Below are positions 51,996-64,000 of a stretch of DNA of 64,000 nucleotides, piece by piece. Where the stretch lies: positions 81,612,834 to 81,676,833 of the forward strand of contig NC_068986.1 of NCBI RefSeq assembly GCF_001194135.2, given 5' to 3'. Both the position numbers and the translations under genes were made by a program. The stretch comes from Octopus bimaculoides. Taxonomy: Eukaryota. Numbering within the stretch: position 1 is the stretch's first letter; each line of letters opens with the position of its first letter. The notes beneath the pieces are model-generated. The model was not told the origin of the DNA and searched no databases. It was given only the letters and a program-made list of their open reading frames with translations.

Positions 51996-54900
51996 TTTAC
52001 TCTTTATGTATGTGCATTTAATATGCTGAGGCTGAATCTGTTTCTTTTGCTCTGTGCCTCTGTCACAATGTCAAAAGAGCTGGTGGTCTCAACTCTTTTC
52101 TTTCTATACTTCTACTGAAATACATTGCTTTTGTTTCAATTAATTTTTGAAACTTATGAAGAATTTATTCTAATAACTTTGTCACTATGAAGCTGGTATT
52201 TGGAATATAATTTAACATGAAACTTTGATGGAAGGTTTTAATTTAGACCACTTTAAAACAGGAAATTTGTATCAAAGAACCAAGGAGTAGTCTCATGTGT
52301 TCTCCATTTCAAAAAGATTAAAAGGATTCAATGCATGTGAAATACTGTATGTTTGTGTGTGTGTGTATGTGCATGAATGTTAGATCCTGCATTCTTGTTC
52401 TTGTCTCCCAACTTAGAATTCCTGTTCTGTGCCATACATAGATTTCGAGAGAAGAGCTGCGGTGTTTTCGTTTGCCACAAGGTGGGCAAACTATAGAGAT
52501 GGTCATGTCATTTGATCTATATTATTGTCATCATCCTTTATAATTCCAAACGTCCTCACCTCGTGTGTGTGTGTGTATAAAAATGAACAGAGCTATCATT
52601 TGTCACTGTGTATATTGTCATACTGTTATCAGTTGTTACTGTCTATACTGTGACAGCCACCATTTTGCACTGATTATATTGTGACACTGCTTCTATTTGT
52701 CATTGTCTAGTCCTGTCTGCTCTTCATTTAAATTGGTTTTATCCATCTCATGTCTTCTCTTTATTCTAAAGGAAAATTCCTTAGAAAAGTCCGGTAAATT
52801 AAAGTCTTTGTAATTGGCAATGAGAGCAATTGCTCTGTCCTTATCTGAGACTCAGGAAGAGAAAGTAGTGGCATTTTACTGAAGTAGCAGTAGTGGTAGC
52901 TTTGATTACATGTTACAAAATAATAACCATTTCAAATTTTGGCACAAGGCCAGCAATTTCAGGAGCAACCCCAGTACTCAGCTGATACTTATTTTATCAA
53001 CCCAGAAGGAAAGGTAAAGTTGACTTTGGCAGAATTTGAATTCAGAACATAATGGCAGACAAAATGCTGCTAAGCATTTTGCTTGGTGTGCTCAACCATT
53101 CTGCTCACTTAACACCTTATGTTACAGAAAAATAACGATAACAGCAGCTTTGGTTACATGTTACAGTTAAGCTGCAGCCATTGTCTCTTTCTCTCCCTCT
53201 CTCTTTCTCTCCCTCTCTCTTTCTAGATAAAGGGCAAGAGCCAACAGCATTTTATCCATCCTACCTCACATTTGAATATATTGAACTATTTTATGGACAC
53301 TCTTACAGAATAATTTTTGCTAACACATTTCCAATTTCACTTTTACAGATTTAAGATTTTCTTCTCATCTACTTTAAGTTTGGTTATTTACCGTTTTACC
53401 TTACTGCAGTGCTATTACCTCCATCTAACAGTACAGTGGCAAAATATATTCTCTTCTACAGCATTTGCTGGATTTTTTCCCTTTCATCTTTGTTTAGGAA
53501 TTAGTTCTAGTTGTGTAATAATGCACCTTTCTGAAACAATCCTTACTTTCAAATGGAACAGTGACGTATTTCTTAGCTAATTACTTTAGAACATGTGGTA
53601 GAATGCCAGCTGTTATAGATTAGTGGCAATGCATATAAAACTCCTGCAGCTATGTTTGGTTAGAATTAATATTGTAATGGTATTGAAATGGTAAATATCA
53701 ACACCAAAGAAGCTATCAATGATTAATAAGCCAGAAGATTGAATCGTATTTATCCAATTTCCTTTCTAGATAATTCCTTCAGGCCAAACAGTTTGATATC
53801 TTTTGAAATGATTGATTTAGTGAGTTGATAGCTGTTACCTAACTGGTGATGCCATTAAAACCATTCACATAAGGTTTTATGATCAGACAGCCCTAACTAT
53901 GAATAATTGATGTACGGTAGAAGCTGTGCCAAAGATTTTTGGCTGTGGGGAATGTGGTGTTCACTGCATCTAAGAAATGGTACAGAGTGATTTAGTGGAC
54001 ATTCTAAGGGGATCGAATGTTGTCTAGGTTGTAGTATATCGTGTGTGCGTATGTGTGTGTGTATGTGCGTGCACACACACAGACACACACAATAGCTACT
54101 GTTAGCAGAGATCTAATGAATTTCTGCAGACTTTTATTTAGCCCCAAGCCATCTTGGACAGAGCCGGTGTTTTAGCTATGATCACCCTATCTGTTTTTTT
54201 TTTAAACATGTTTGAAGAAACCTGTAGTCACCATTGTGTTCATTTTTAAGATAGTAGCATGAGATTCAGCTGTTGTTTCCAGCAGATCAAGTAATTGGCC
54301 TTCCTTGAGATATTGTTACTGTGTAGAATGATCAGAGTGTGGGGATTTTGGGGGGATACCTTTTAATTTAAACTGTCCAAAGTTAAGATGGAATGGAAAT
54401 AATGAGAAAGATATGTAATAGTTAAATAAATATATGTAATTGTAGTAGATTAAAATGAAGAGACAATTAATGGTAGAGAGATTATGTGATCACAATCCAC
54501 AACAGGTGAGGGCTACAGAAAGTGGTACTATAGCCAGTATAATTTTTTCTGTTGGTGGTGACTAGCCAGTGTAATCATTTAGTTCACCGTTAATGTAACC
54601 AGAAAAACTTCAGCAATGCAACAGGATACTGCACTCCCACTCTCTCTCTATGTAAGTGTGTGTTGATAGTGTTTTAGCTTCTCTTCTACAGAATGTAATA
54701 GCTTTTGGTATAAACTATTTTAGATCAGATAAACACTGAATCAATGCCAATTTAATTGTGTGTGTGTGAGAAAGAGAGAGAGAGCTTTTCATATTCTCGG
54801 CATCACCCCCAGCAATGTAATCATGAATCACAGGTATAAGAATTTAATTAAAAATACAAATTGGGTTCGGCACAATTACTTTTCATGTTATATACTTGAA

Positions 54901-55087
54901 CTAATATATTGTCAGTATAATAGATCTAACATGTAACAAGCCTTGATTGATTCCTATTCCTTTCTCATGTTAAAGACACCAGTATAATCAGTAACAGTTG
55001 TTCACGAGGTGACAGATGGGGCTCGTGGCAGTATAATTCACTTTTCAGATGGGATCAAACTACTTCCTAAATACTATTTTTTAAAAA

Positions 55088-55500
55088 AGGGTGTGGTTGT
55101 AGGGTAAGAAATTTGCTTACCAATCACATGGTTCTGGGTTCAGGTCTACTGTGTGGCACCTTAGGTAAGTGTCTTCTGCTATAGCCCTGGGCAGACCAAA
55201 GCCTTGTGAGTGAATTTGATTTGGTAGATAGAACCTGGAGGAAGCCAGTTGTATACATATATGAATATATATCTGTGTGTGTATGTATTTGTGTTTGCCT
55301 TCCACTACCACTTGACAACTAGAGTTGGTTTGTTTATGTCCCTGTAACTTAGCAATTCATCAACAAAGACTGATAGAATAAGTACAACTAAAAAAAAAAA
55401 AATGCATTCTGGAATTTATTTGTATGACTAAAACCCTTCAAAATGGTCCCCAGCATGGCTGTTGTAGTCCAGTGAAAGAAACAAGTAAAAGATAAAAGGA
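55088..55500 (+). mobile_element. Near full-length family B SINE
   Basis: GTGTGGTTGTAGGGTAAGAAATTTGCTTACCAATCACATGGTTCTGGGTTCAGGTC...AAACAAGTAAAAGATAAAAG is the reverse complement of the 13955 copy. Confidence 0.82.
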
Positions 55501-56899
55501 ACTAAGTCTTCACCAATGCTTGTTGGTTTTCAGTGTGTGTGTGTGTGTGTGTAGGGGTGTGCGTGTGACATCACACTCTTTATATCATCACTTATGTCAT
55601 TTTTAAATTGCTGCAATTATTACTACTGCTGTTGTTGTTGCTACTACTATTACTAGTTACTTTATGCTGGTGTCCCATTAATAGATTGTAGCTGCTGCTA
55701 TTATTGTTGTTGTTGTTGTTGTTGATGATGTAACTGCTGTTGCCATCACACCACCACATACTAATGCTGTTAATGTTGCGAGCTGACGAGGGGACCTCTA
55801 TGTGTCGTTCTACCTGTTTCGAATGACAACAAAATCACTCTCAAATCACACCTTGCCATTTTTCAAACAGGAAGGTCACTCTGATTAATGTAGTTCACCC
55901 CCCACCTATCATACTCCTCCTCTTCCCTTTAGAAATACGGAATGATCACAGCTTGGCCTGCTTAGCCAAAGATTGACCTGCGGTTAAACGTTGATACCAA
56001 CAACAACTGTTAATGTTGTGTAAATAGTATAGGAGACTATTGTAGTTTGTTTTTTGTTTTCCGAGAAAAGGCATGAACACCTTGTATTCCATGCTACACT
56101 CAATAAATCTCAGATCTCTCATGAAAAGAAATCAGCATCGAAAGTGATGTCATTGTTGTGCCCTCTCAAATCGTCGTTGTCTGACTACTACTACTACTAC
56201 TACTACTACCACTACTACTACCACTACTACTACTTTCAATAATCGTTCTCCACCATCACCACCCTAGTATATCCAGCTATCATAAAATACACTCACACAC
56301 ACCCAAGAACATATACACAGTGAGATCGCAGTTGTTGTTTAACCCTCGGTCAGTCTTGAGTAAGACCACGATCATTTCTAGTTTCTTTTATTTCAAGAAT
56401 AGTCCACCTCACTGCGGTGTCATCAAATGCCATAAAATACCTCTTGATGGCACTGAAATCAATTACGGGGTGTAGGTGGTTGTGGTGGTGGTGACGCCGT
56501 ATATGTTGGGTTGTCCATCTCTAGTGATCAAAATGCCCTTTATTAAAATTGTAGGGTGTCGATCGTGATGGTTAAGGCGGTGGTATGGTATGGTTGTACT
56601 GGTTATCGTAGTGGCTACGGTTGCAGTGGTGACGGCTGTATTGATTGTGGTTAGTGGTGGTTGTATTAACTGTTGTTGTTGTGGTGGTGGTGGTAGTAAG
56701 AGGTGGTCGTGTTGACTGGTAATTGTTAGTGATGGTTGTGGTAGTTGTGCTGATGGTGGTGGCGGTTGTGGTGGGTGTGGTAGTTAGTAGTTGCTGTGTT
56801 GACTGTGATTGTGGTGGTGGTAGTAATGTTTATGGTGAGATGGTTCTGGTGGTGGGGGGGTGGGGTATGGAGAGGTGTTTATGTTGATGGTGGTATTGA

Positions 56900-57420
56900 T
56901 AGCAGCAACAATGGTGGTGGTTTTACCGTTTTCATGGTTGTGGCTTTTTCAATCAGATTCCGAGACTGCTGCTGCCGCCGCCGCCGCTGCTTATTCACCA
57001 ACATAATTTGGTTTGGCTCCTTTCATTCACCGCACATCCACAACTCTCTAACACAGACACACTAACTCTTCCCCCCTCTCTCTCTCTCTCTTACACATTG
57101 ACGTTCTCATTTCTCTCTCTCTCACACACTCGCGCGCGCGCGCACACACAATATTCAGAAACTGAGCGATTTCACGTGTTTCACTCACCAAATCGGTTAT
57201 TGAAAGAACGCGAGGGTGAGAGTGAATTGTTTGACTGAAGGTCCACGTGTGCTCAGTACAATATCTCTGTTCACTGTCCATTGTGGTCAAGCAGAAAGTG
57301 ACCTCTTTGAAGTTTATTAGCTGACCATGTTCAGCTGGACCCTGACGCTTGGTAGTTAAAGGCTGCCGTCGCCGCCACCACCACCACTGCTACTGCTATT
57401 GTTGCTGCTGCTAGTGCAGA
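56900..57420 (+). promoter_or_regulatory. Candidate promoter / 5' UTR of the gene starting at 57728
   Basis: CpG-rich relative to the window; (CT)n-(CG)6-(CA)n tract at about 57070-57150; two CACGTG E-boxes (57173-57178, 57244-57249); (GCC)n/(ACC)n runs; lies directly upstream of the coding exon. Confidence 0.55.
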
Positions 57421-57727
57421 TGCTACTGTGAACAACAGCTACTACAGAGGCACTACTATTACTACTATTACAAGTATTATTGTAGTAAGAACTAACTATA
57501 AAGAAAAAGACAGACGAAGAAGTAGAGAACACGGGACGTCAGTTGCTGGGAAGTGGAAGACTTCATCCCCATCGTGGCTGCTTCTATTATTCCAGATTGG
57601 TTGGTCCTTAATACCAAACACAATAGGTTGATTAATTGTAAGGGAGCGGTGGTGTGGCAGTGTTATAACAGCCCTATCTACTGGCAGCGATACTGCAACA
57701 CACGGCTGACCCTTGCAGCGCTTGGGA

Positions 57728-57982
57728 ATGGGCAATCAGCTGAAAAAAATTCGGGAACTTGGAGGAGATGCTGTTCGAAGAAGTGGTCTTACCAAGGGAG
57801 ATTCTACGGATAAACAGGATGAAGGGAAAGAGCAGGATGGGGCTTCTTCTGCAATGGTTCACCAATCATCAGTTGATGTACCGTCAACTACAGAGGAATT
57901 AACAGACGGTCGACAATCTTATACCAGTGCAGTGGATGTTACCATTGAGAATAGTGGACAGGATGTGGACAACACTGACCAG
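57728..57982 (+). CDS. First coding exon of a host gene (85 aa: MGNQLKKIRELGGDAVRRSGLTKGDSTDKQDEGKEQDGASSAMVHQSSVDVPSTTEELTDGRQSYTSAVDVTIENSGQDVDNTDQ); product unidentified; acidic, likely disordered N-terminus
   Basis: GGAATGG start context (G at -3 and +4); 255-nt open frame with protein-like composition and higher GC; ends at CAG|GTATTT donor (phase 0), after which composition changes to (CA)-rich intron-like sequence. No convincing phase-0 exon 2 found before 64000. Confidence 0.8.
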
Positions 57983-59934
57983 GTATTTCATACACATGTG
58001 CCTATTCACACACTCATACGCATACGCATCGCTGCAGGTTTTCTACTTCGTGTTTATTTATGTCCCCTTCGGTAAAAGGAAGAGAGAAGCCCCTAAGGGT
58101 CAGTGAGTTGATTACCACAGAAATATGGGAGGAAGGGGGATGAGAAGCGGGTAGAACTCTTTCAAGTAACTTGAATGGCTGTTGTCACTATGACATCATC
58201 CACTTTCATCTGGCAAACAATAACAACAACAGCAATATTGTTTAAATAACTTTTCCTGTTATTGTTCCATACGATGTCCTCTATTTACATACAGTCTGTA
58301 ATAACTGTGGGTGACCAGCAGTCAGTCTGTCGCCAACAACAATAATAATATTCTGCTCATCTCTCAATACAATAAATATTTTTACACGACTTAACTAAAA
58401 CTGCTACACGTTATATATACATTCATATATACACACCTATACATAGTTGTATTCATACAAATACGCCTTCGTATAGTGTGTGTATGTGTGCGTGCGCGCA
58501 CATATAGCTATCTAACTTATATTTACACACACACATATCTTCAAATCTTAACACAATAACTATTGTGTATGTTTACTCACTCACATATCTGATCCTAGTC
58601 ACCCACCCACATTACTAGGTGGAGAACAGTGAATAGTGGGATAGTTGGTGGTGGTGATGAAAGAATCCGTGAATGATTCATTAGCAGCGGTGTTACTTGT
58701 AGGATCAACATTAAAGGCGTGGGTACTTTGAGTATCGGGAGTATTTGGTAGTTATGTCAACATTATTCATTGCTGACATACCTGTCATATTCACGGCTTC
58801 AACATTCCATAGTTTTGTAAATCACACACACACACCAACAACAACCACCACCACCACAGCCATATGTCAGCATCGTATAGTGTTTTTCACTATCTTACAT
58901 GTGTGTTTGTATACAAATGTGCGTGTTTATACTGTACGGATATGTATGTATACTGTATAAATGTGCGTGTGTATATATACTGTACAAATGTGTGTATGAA
59001 ATTGTGCGCGCGAGTTTATGCTGCGAAACTGTTTATATTGTATAAGCATGTATGTTTGTGTGTTTATTGTGCAAATGTGTATGATTAAACAGTACAAGTA
59101 TGTATGTATTTATAAAATGCAGGTAAGTGTATATTGTGCAGTATGCAACATATAATTACACACACACCTCTGCAGGTGTGTGTATATATGTGAGGTAGCC
59201 ATGTCTGGAAGTAAGGTTCTTCTCATTTCCAACCCATCATTACATAGACAACCATTTGATATCTACATTGTTTTGACTCACCTCTTAGCTTCTTCAACGA
59301 ACTTCACCTGTAATTAATCTCTTAACTGTTCAAGAAAAATATATTTAACTGATTCATAGAAATGGCAGTAACATTTTCTATTTCTCTTCGTCTCTTAACT
59401 CAGTTTTATCACAACAACAACAACCTCTATATCAAGAGCAACAGTAATCTCCTTCAAAGCAACAGCAACATTATCCAATCAACGCCACCACCACCACCAC
59501 CTCCACATTCACAACAGTGACTATCCTTATCATTAATTCCTCCATCATCACACCACAACTGCAATAACCACCCAGTCATCTCTAGCTACCCCTATAACAT
59601 CAACACCAGCATCAATAAGATCATTAAGATCAATGCAGTTTCTGTTACTGGATCAGTTTTCAAGTGATTTCAATGACAATCTCTTGAGTTCTTATATTTC
59701 AGTTACTGTTGAGAATATTTGTAATGTCATTCATTAATCTCTTCTTGTTCTCTATTCTAACCACCCCTACCTCTGTCTGCCCATCTGTCCGTCTCTCCCT
59801 CTCTCTATTTTTTTTAGCCACTCTACACTTCTCTATTTCTCTCGCTGTAAATAGACAGAGCTCTAAGAGCTCCCCACCAGAAAAAAACAAAAAACAAAAA
59901 CAAACAAAATAATACAAAGGTATGTAAAAGAAAC

Positions 59935-59950
59935 ACTACTACTACTACTG

Positions 59951-60010
<60 letters not shown>
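59935..60010. repeat. Compound (TAC)n-(TGC)n trinucleotide repeat; similar tracts at 56183-56232, 30524-30595, 39803-39852 and 63625-63672
   Basis: Directly visible. Confidence 0.92.
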
Positions 60011-60011
<1 letters not shown>

Positions 60012-60479
60012 ATGTTTTCCCTAAGTAAAACCAAGCCAAGTTTTGTGTTCCTTGTGAACCTTCAATAGTTTGTTCCAGGATTGTATTTTCTACAGCATTG
60101 AAACTACTGTTCATATGTACAGTGCCTAGTTGCATTATTGTCTGCATGCATGTTGCATATATAAATGGAATGTGTTGGGATATTCATTCCTGATCTCTGC
60201 TCTTTGTGTTCAAATTCCTCTAGGGCCTACTTTGTCTTTCTTCATTTTTGGCTTTGATACAAAAGAAAGTACTGGCACCCATGACTGATGCAGCTCTCTT
60301 TTTCTTCAAGCTGTCACATTGACATTTTGTCAAGTGTGGGAGGGTTATGAAAATATCTGTGCAGGTACATATCATGCAAAAGCATAATATATGCTGCCAA
60401 CTTACATTTGCTTGCAATTGATGGCTGTAGTGTATATTAGTCCTGGAGTTGTGGTCACATATCTAACATCTTTTCCTTG

Positions 60480-60715
60480 GCATTTATAGAGATTGTTTCC
60501 GTTTTCAGCCCCCATATTCCAGATTTTCATATTTGGATATTTTCCCCACTTCATTCAGAGATATATTATCATCTGTTGGACTGATATATTGATCACTATT
60601 CACTCTGGTGAATATCCCTGAAAGCAATATCTGATGAGTTTGCTGTGATCTTCTTGCCTGTGTGATTCGATAAAATTCACAGTATGGATAGTCTCTCAGT
60701 CTGTTTCTTTTCATC
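60480..60715 (-). mobile_element. Remnant of the restriction-like endonuclease (RLE) C-terminus of an R4/Dong/NeSL-type non-LTR retrotransposon
   Basis: Three frameshifted minus-strand pieces, SIL*ILSNHTGKKITANSSDIAFRD, ISPTDDNISLNEVGKISKYENLE and GLKTETISI, follow the RLE pattern ILWD..I.TD..I.ANRPDIV..D / D.S.P.D.N...KE.EK..KY..L / W....T.PI. Confidence 0.65.
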
Positions 60716-61509
60716 TCTCTCTCACTCTTTCTTTGTAAATATATATACACACGCATTCACACACATACACTTACAGGTGGACACAATGCAACTGTTTGTT
60801 TTTTTTTTCTTGACCTCCACATATTCTGCAGTTATTTTTTGTGTTTTTTTGGTAGCTTCTAATAAGGCGGCTTTTGTCTCAACTTGCTATCAAAAATTCA
60901 TTGGCTTCCATTTTAAGTCCTCCACTTCATAGCAGTGCTTTATTATTTTTTGTCCATTTTAATTTTGTTCAGTCTTGTCAGGTGCCAGCCATGTGGGGGG
61001 AATTTCTTGCCATCATCTTAACATGGTATTCTATAGTTCCATTTACAGCTTAGTTTTGTTTTTTTTCTTTTTCTTTTAACAGTTTTGTTGCTCCTCCATC
61101 CTCTTCAGAGCTGTCTGTTAACCTCAGCTTCTGTAATTGTGTTGGATTTCTTGGAGACAAGAAACAACAGCTTTTGTTCTGTTCATGTCTTCAAACAATT
61201 TATATAAGTTTCTATTTAATCTTTCCTCCACATGTTTACCATCCTAGAAGACTCCCATCTACCTGTCTTTATTTGTGGAAAATGTTAATTTTCTGTCAAC
61301 ATTCTGCACTACAAGGTGCACCTCTATGTTCTTGTAGGTGTGTGCACCATTTTCTTTCTGGAAATGTAAGAATGTTTCTGTTACATTAGCTTTGTTGGAG
61401 ATCTGTTTCATTTTGTGGTTGGAAGATTTGCAATATGTTGTGTAGTGCTTGTGTTTTGTAGTTGCTGTATATGTTGCATTATTTAAATATATTATTATCA
61501 TCATTTTAG

Positions 61510-64000
61510 GTCGAATTGTTGGAGCAATGGTAAAAATTCTGTGCAGTATTTATTCTGGCTTTACATTCTGAGTTCAAGTGCCATCATGGTCAACTTTGCT
61601 TTCTATCCTTTTGGGGTCAATAAAATTAACACCAGTTGAGCACTGGGGTTGATGTATTTGACTAGCCCCCAGATTTCAGACCTTGTGCCTATAATAGAAA
61701 GGATTATTGGCAAGCTGGCAGACTCATTAGCACGCTGGGTGAAATGCTTAGAGGTATTTCGTCTGCCGTCACTTTCTGAGTTCAAATTCTGCTGAGCTCA
61801 ACTTTGCCTTTCATCCTTTTCAGGCGTTGTGCCTACAGTAGAAAAGATTATTATTTTTATTATGTAGTTTTATTTTTATTGCTTACTTTCAATTTACTTC
61901 AAACAACAGTTCTGTATACTTTGTATGTAATCAATGTATTTTCTGTTGCATTGACATTACATAATGTGTATGTGTGGTACCTAGTGGTGTTGCTTTCTAG
62001 ATGTGTATATTTCTAAGTCTTGGAATTTTGGTTATACATGCACCTTCATCTTTTTTAATCATTGCCAAGGTACCCTTTTAATATAGGGATTGTTTCTGTT
62101 TTCACAGTTCACACTCAGTTTACAAGATATTCATGTTTGAATAATTTCTCCATTTCCTTTAGAGATATATTATTGTCTGTTAGGATAGACACTTTGATTA
62201 GGAGGTACTTCCTTTCCTAGTGGTTCTTCGCAACAATGTCAGGTGCATTAGCCTTGCTCTTTCTTTTTGTGTGGGTTTATATCTTAAGAATATGGCTACT
62301 TTGTCATTTTATGAGATCTTTTTTATATTGCCTCTTTTCTCTTCGTATTTCATAATGCTGACATAATTTGAAATATATAGCTATTATTATTGTTGTTATC
62401 ATTACTTTTGGTTAACAGAATCACTAGATCATCAAACAAAATGCCTTATGGTATTTTTTCTGACTCTTTATGGTCCCTCAGTAGTCAGTAAAATAAAGCA
62501 CCAGTCTAGTACCGGAGTCAATGAAATTGACTTGGTCACCTCCCCACACAGCTGAAATTGCTGGCCTCATGCCTAAATTAAAAACTATTATCAAAATGAT
62601 TTGGAGTTTCTAGCAACACACATTTTTATGAACCTCTGAGTGTTTAAAAAATTATTGTACTTTTAATACGATTTTTTGTTGTGTTTGGGTGAAGTTGTTA
62701 CATCGAGAAGTGAAAAGTATTTCCTTTACATTTTGAAACAAATATATTTTTGCCATCAGACAATTTTGATAATATCTGTAAGCTTGGACTGAGGCAGCAG
62801 TAGTAACAGTAGCAGTAATAGTAGCAGTAGAAGAATGCTCCCACTACAGCGGTAGCAATATATATGCCCTTCTACAAATTTAACATTAAAAAAGGGATAA
62901 AATGATATTTGAACAAAAGGAATCGTGGGCTATTTGTTGGCTCCATGGTGGCAGTATGTCACAAGGGAGTGTCTCCTGGCCTAAAAATTTCATCCAGGGC
63001 TAGGAAAAAAGTGATGAGAGATTTTCCTCTGCTTTTCATAAAATGGGGAAGTGGGAGGTACCATCAAATGTTCTTTAGGGCCTTTGGAAACCTCCATCTA
63101 AATTTTTATGTTACTGTGTGTCCATCACTTCACTATATCTCTTGTAATTCCTTTGTATGACTGAATGGACTCTTGTGGAAAAATATGGGATAATAATAAT
63201 GATTTGTGATTCATACACAAGGGCAGCAGTTTTGAGGGAAGGGGTTAGTTGATTATATTAAAGTACTTGACCAGTACTCTCTTTTAATCCCGAAAGGATG
63301 AAAGGCAAAGTTAACCTCAATGTCATTTGAACACAGAACATAAAAGGCTGGAACAAATGCCACAAGATATTCTCTTTGACTCTAACAACGATAACAATAT
63401 TAATAGTCCTTTTTACTAAAGGCACAAGGCCTGAAATTTTGGGGGTTAGGGTAAGTTGATTACATTGACCCTGTGTTTCACTGGTACTTAATTTATCAAC
63501 CCCGAAAAGATGAAAAGCAAAATCAACCTAGGTGGAATTTGAACTCAGAATGTAGAGACAGATGAAATGCTGCTAAGCATTTTGCTTGGCATGCTAACGA
63601 TTCCTCCAGTTCACCACCTTAAGCAATGATAATAATAATAATGATAATAATAATGATGATGATGATGATGATTAGGCAACAGAGTAAATAGTATTGTTAA
63701 AGTGTCAAACAAAATAACATGCACTGTTTGTTTTCGTTCTTTATGTTCTGGTTTCAAATACTACTGAGGCCTTTCATTTTTACAGAATTGTTATGATAAA
63801 AAATACATGTCATGTACTGAGGATTCACATTGACTAACTCCTTTTAAAACTGCTGGCTTTGTGCCTGAATTAGAAACCATAATTATTATTATTATTGCTG
63901 GTAGAATTGTTAGCTAGTTGGATATAATACCTCATAGCATTTCTGAAGACACATTATGCATCAAGTTTGAATCCCACTAAGGTCAAGTTTGCTTTTCATC
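61510..64000. mobile_element. Cluster of family A SINEs in both orientations: + at about 61510-61705, 61707-61855, 62410-62590, 63895-64000; - at about 63200-63345, 63360-63625
   Basis: Family A motifs and their reverse complements (GGCACAAGGCCTGAAATTT...CTGGTACTT...GAATTTGAACTCAGAA). Confidence 0.8.

Noticed and set aside
57983-58075. Extension of the 57713 ORF to 120 aa
   Set aside because: Read-through into the intron past the CAG|GT donor; composition shifts to CA-repeat-like sequence.
59863-60147. Poly-Ser-containing 94-aa minus-strand ORF
   Set aside because: The poly-Ser comes from the (TAC)n(TGC)n microsatellite; no splice or homology support.

Overview
AT-rich animal genomic DNA with four N-gaps. 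The SINE and LINE repertoire and the dense microsatellites look like an octopus (coleoid cephalopod) assembly; that assignment is inferred from repeat recognition, not from a search. Most of the window is decayed mobile DNA: five RTE-type LINE fragments, a Penelope-like element (RT + GIY-YIG) flanked by inverted terminal repeats, a restriction-like-endonuclease LINE remnant, a piggyBac transposase remnant with related TTAA-flanked MITEs, at least four SINE or SINE-like families, and several minisatellites. The only well-supported host coding feature is a first coding exon at 57728-57982 (+, MGNQLKK..., 85 codons, phase-0 GT donor) behind a CpG-rich promoter-like region; the rest of that gene was not found here. 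I could not reconstruct any host protein-coding gene in 1-57 kb. The three most unusual structures are: (i) a TIR element with a 7-bp target-site duplication carrying head-to-head telomere-like arrays that mimic a telomere fusion (43194-44119); (ii) Penelope terminal repeats combining a tRNA-like Pol III head with a hammerhead ribozyme core (19693-21433); (iii) three perfect hairpins inside repeats that look like template-switch products, one of pre-miRNA size. Repeat boundaries are by eye (about +/-20 nt) unless TSD or TIR positions are given.
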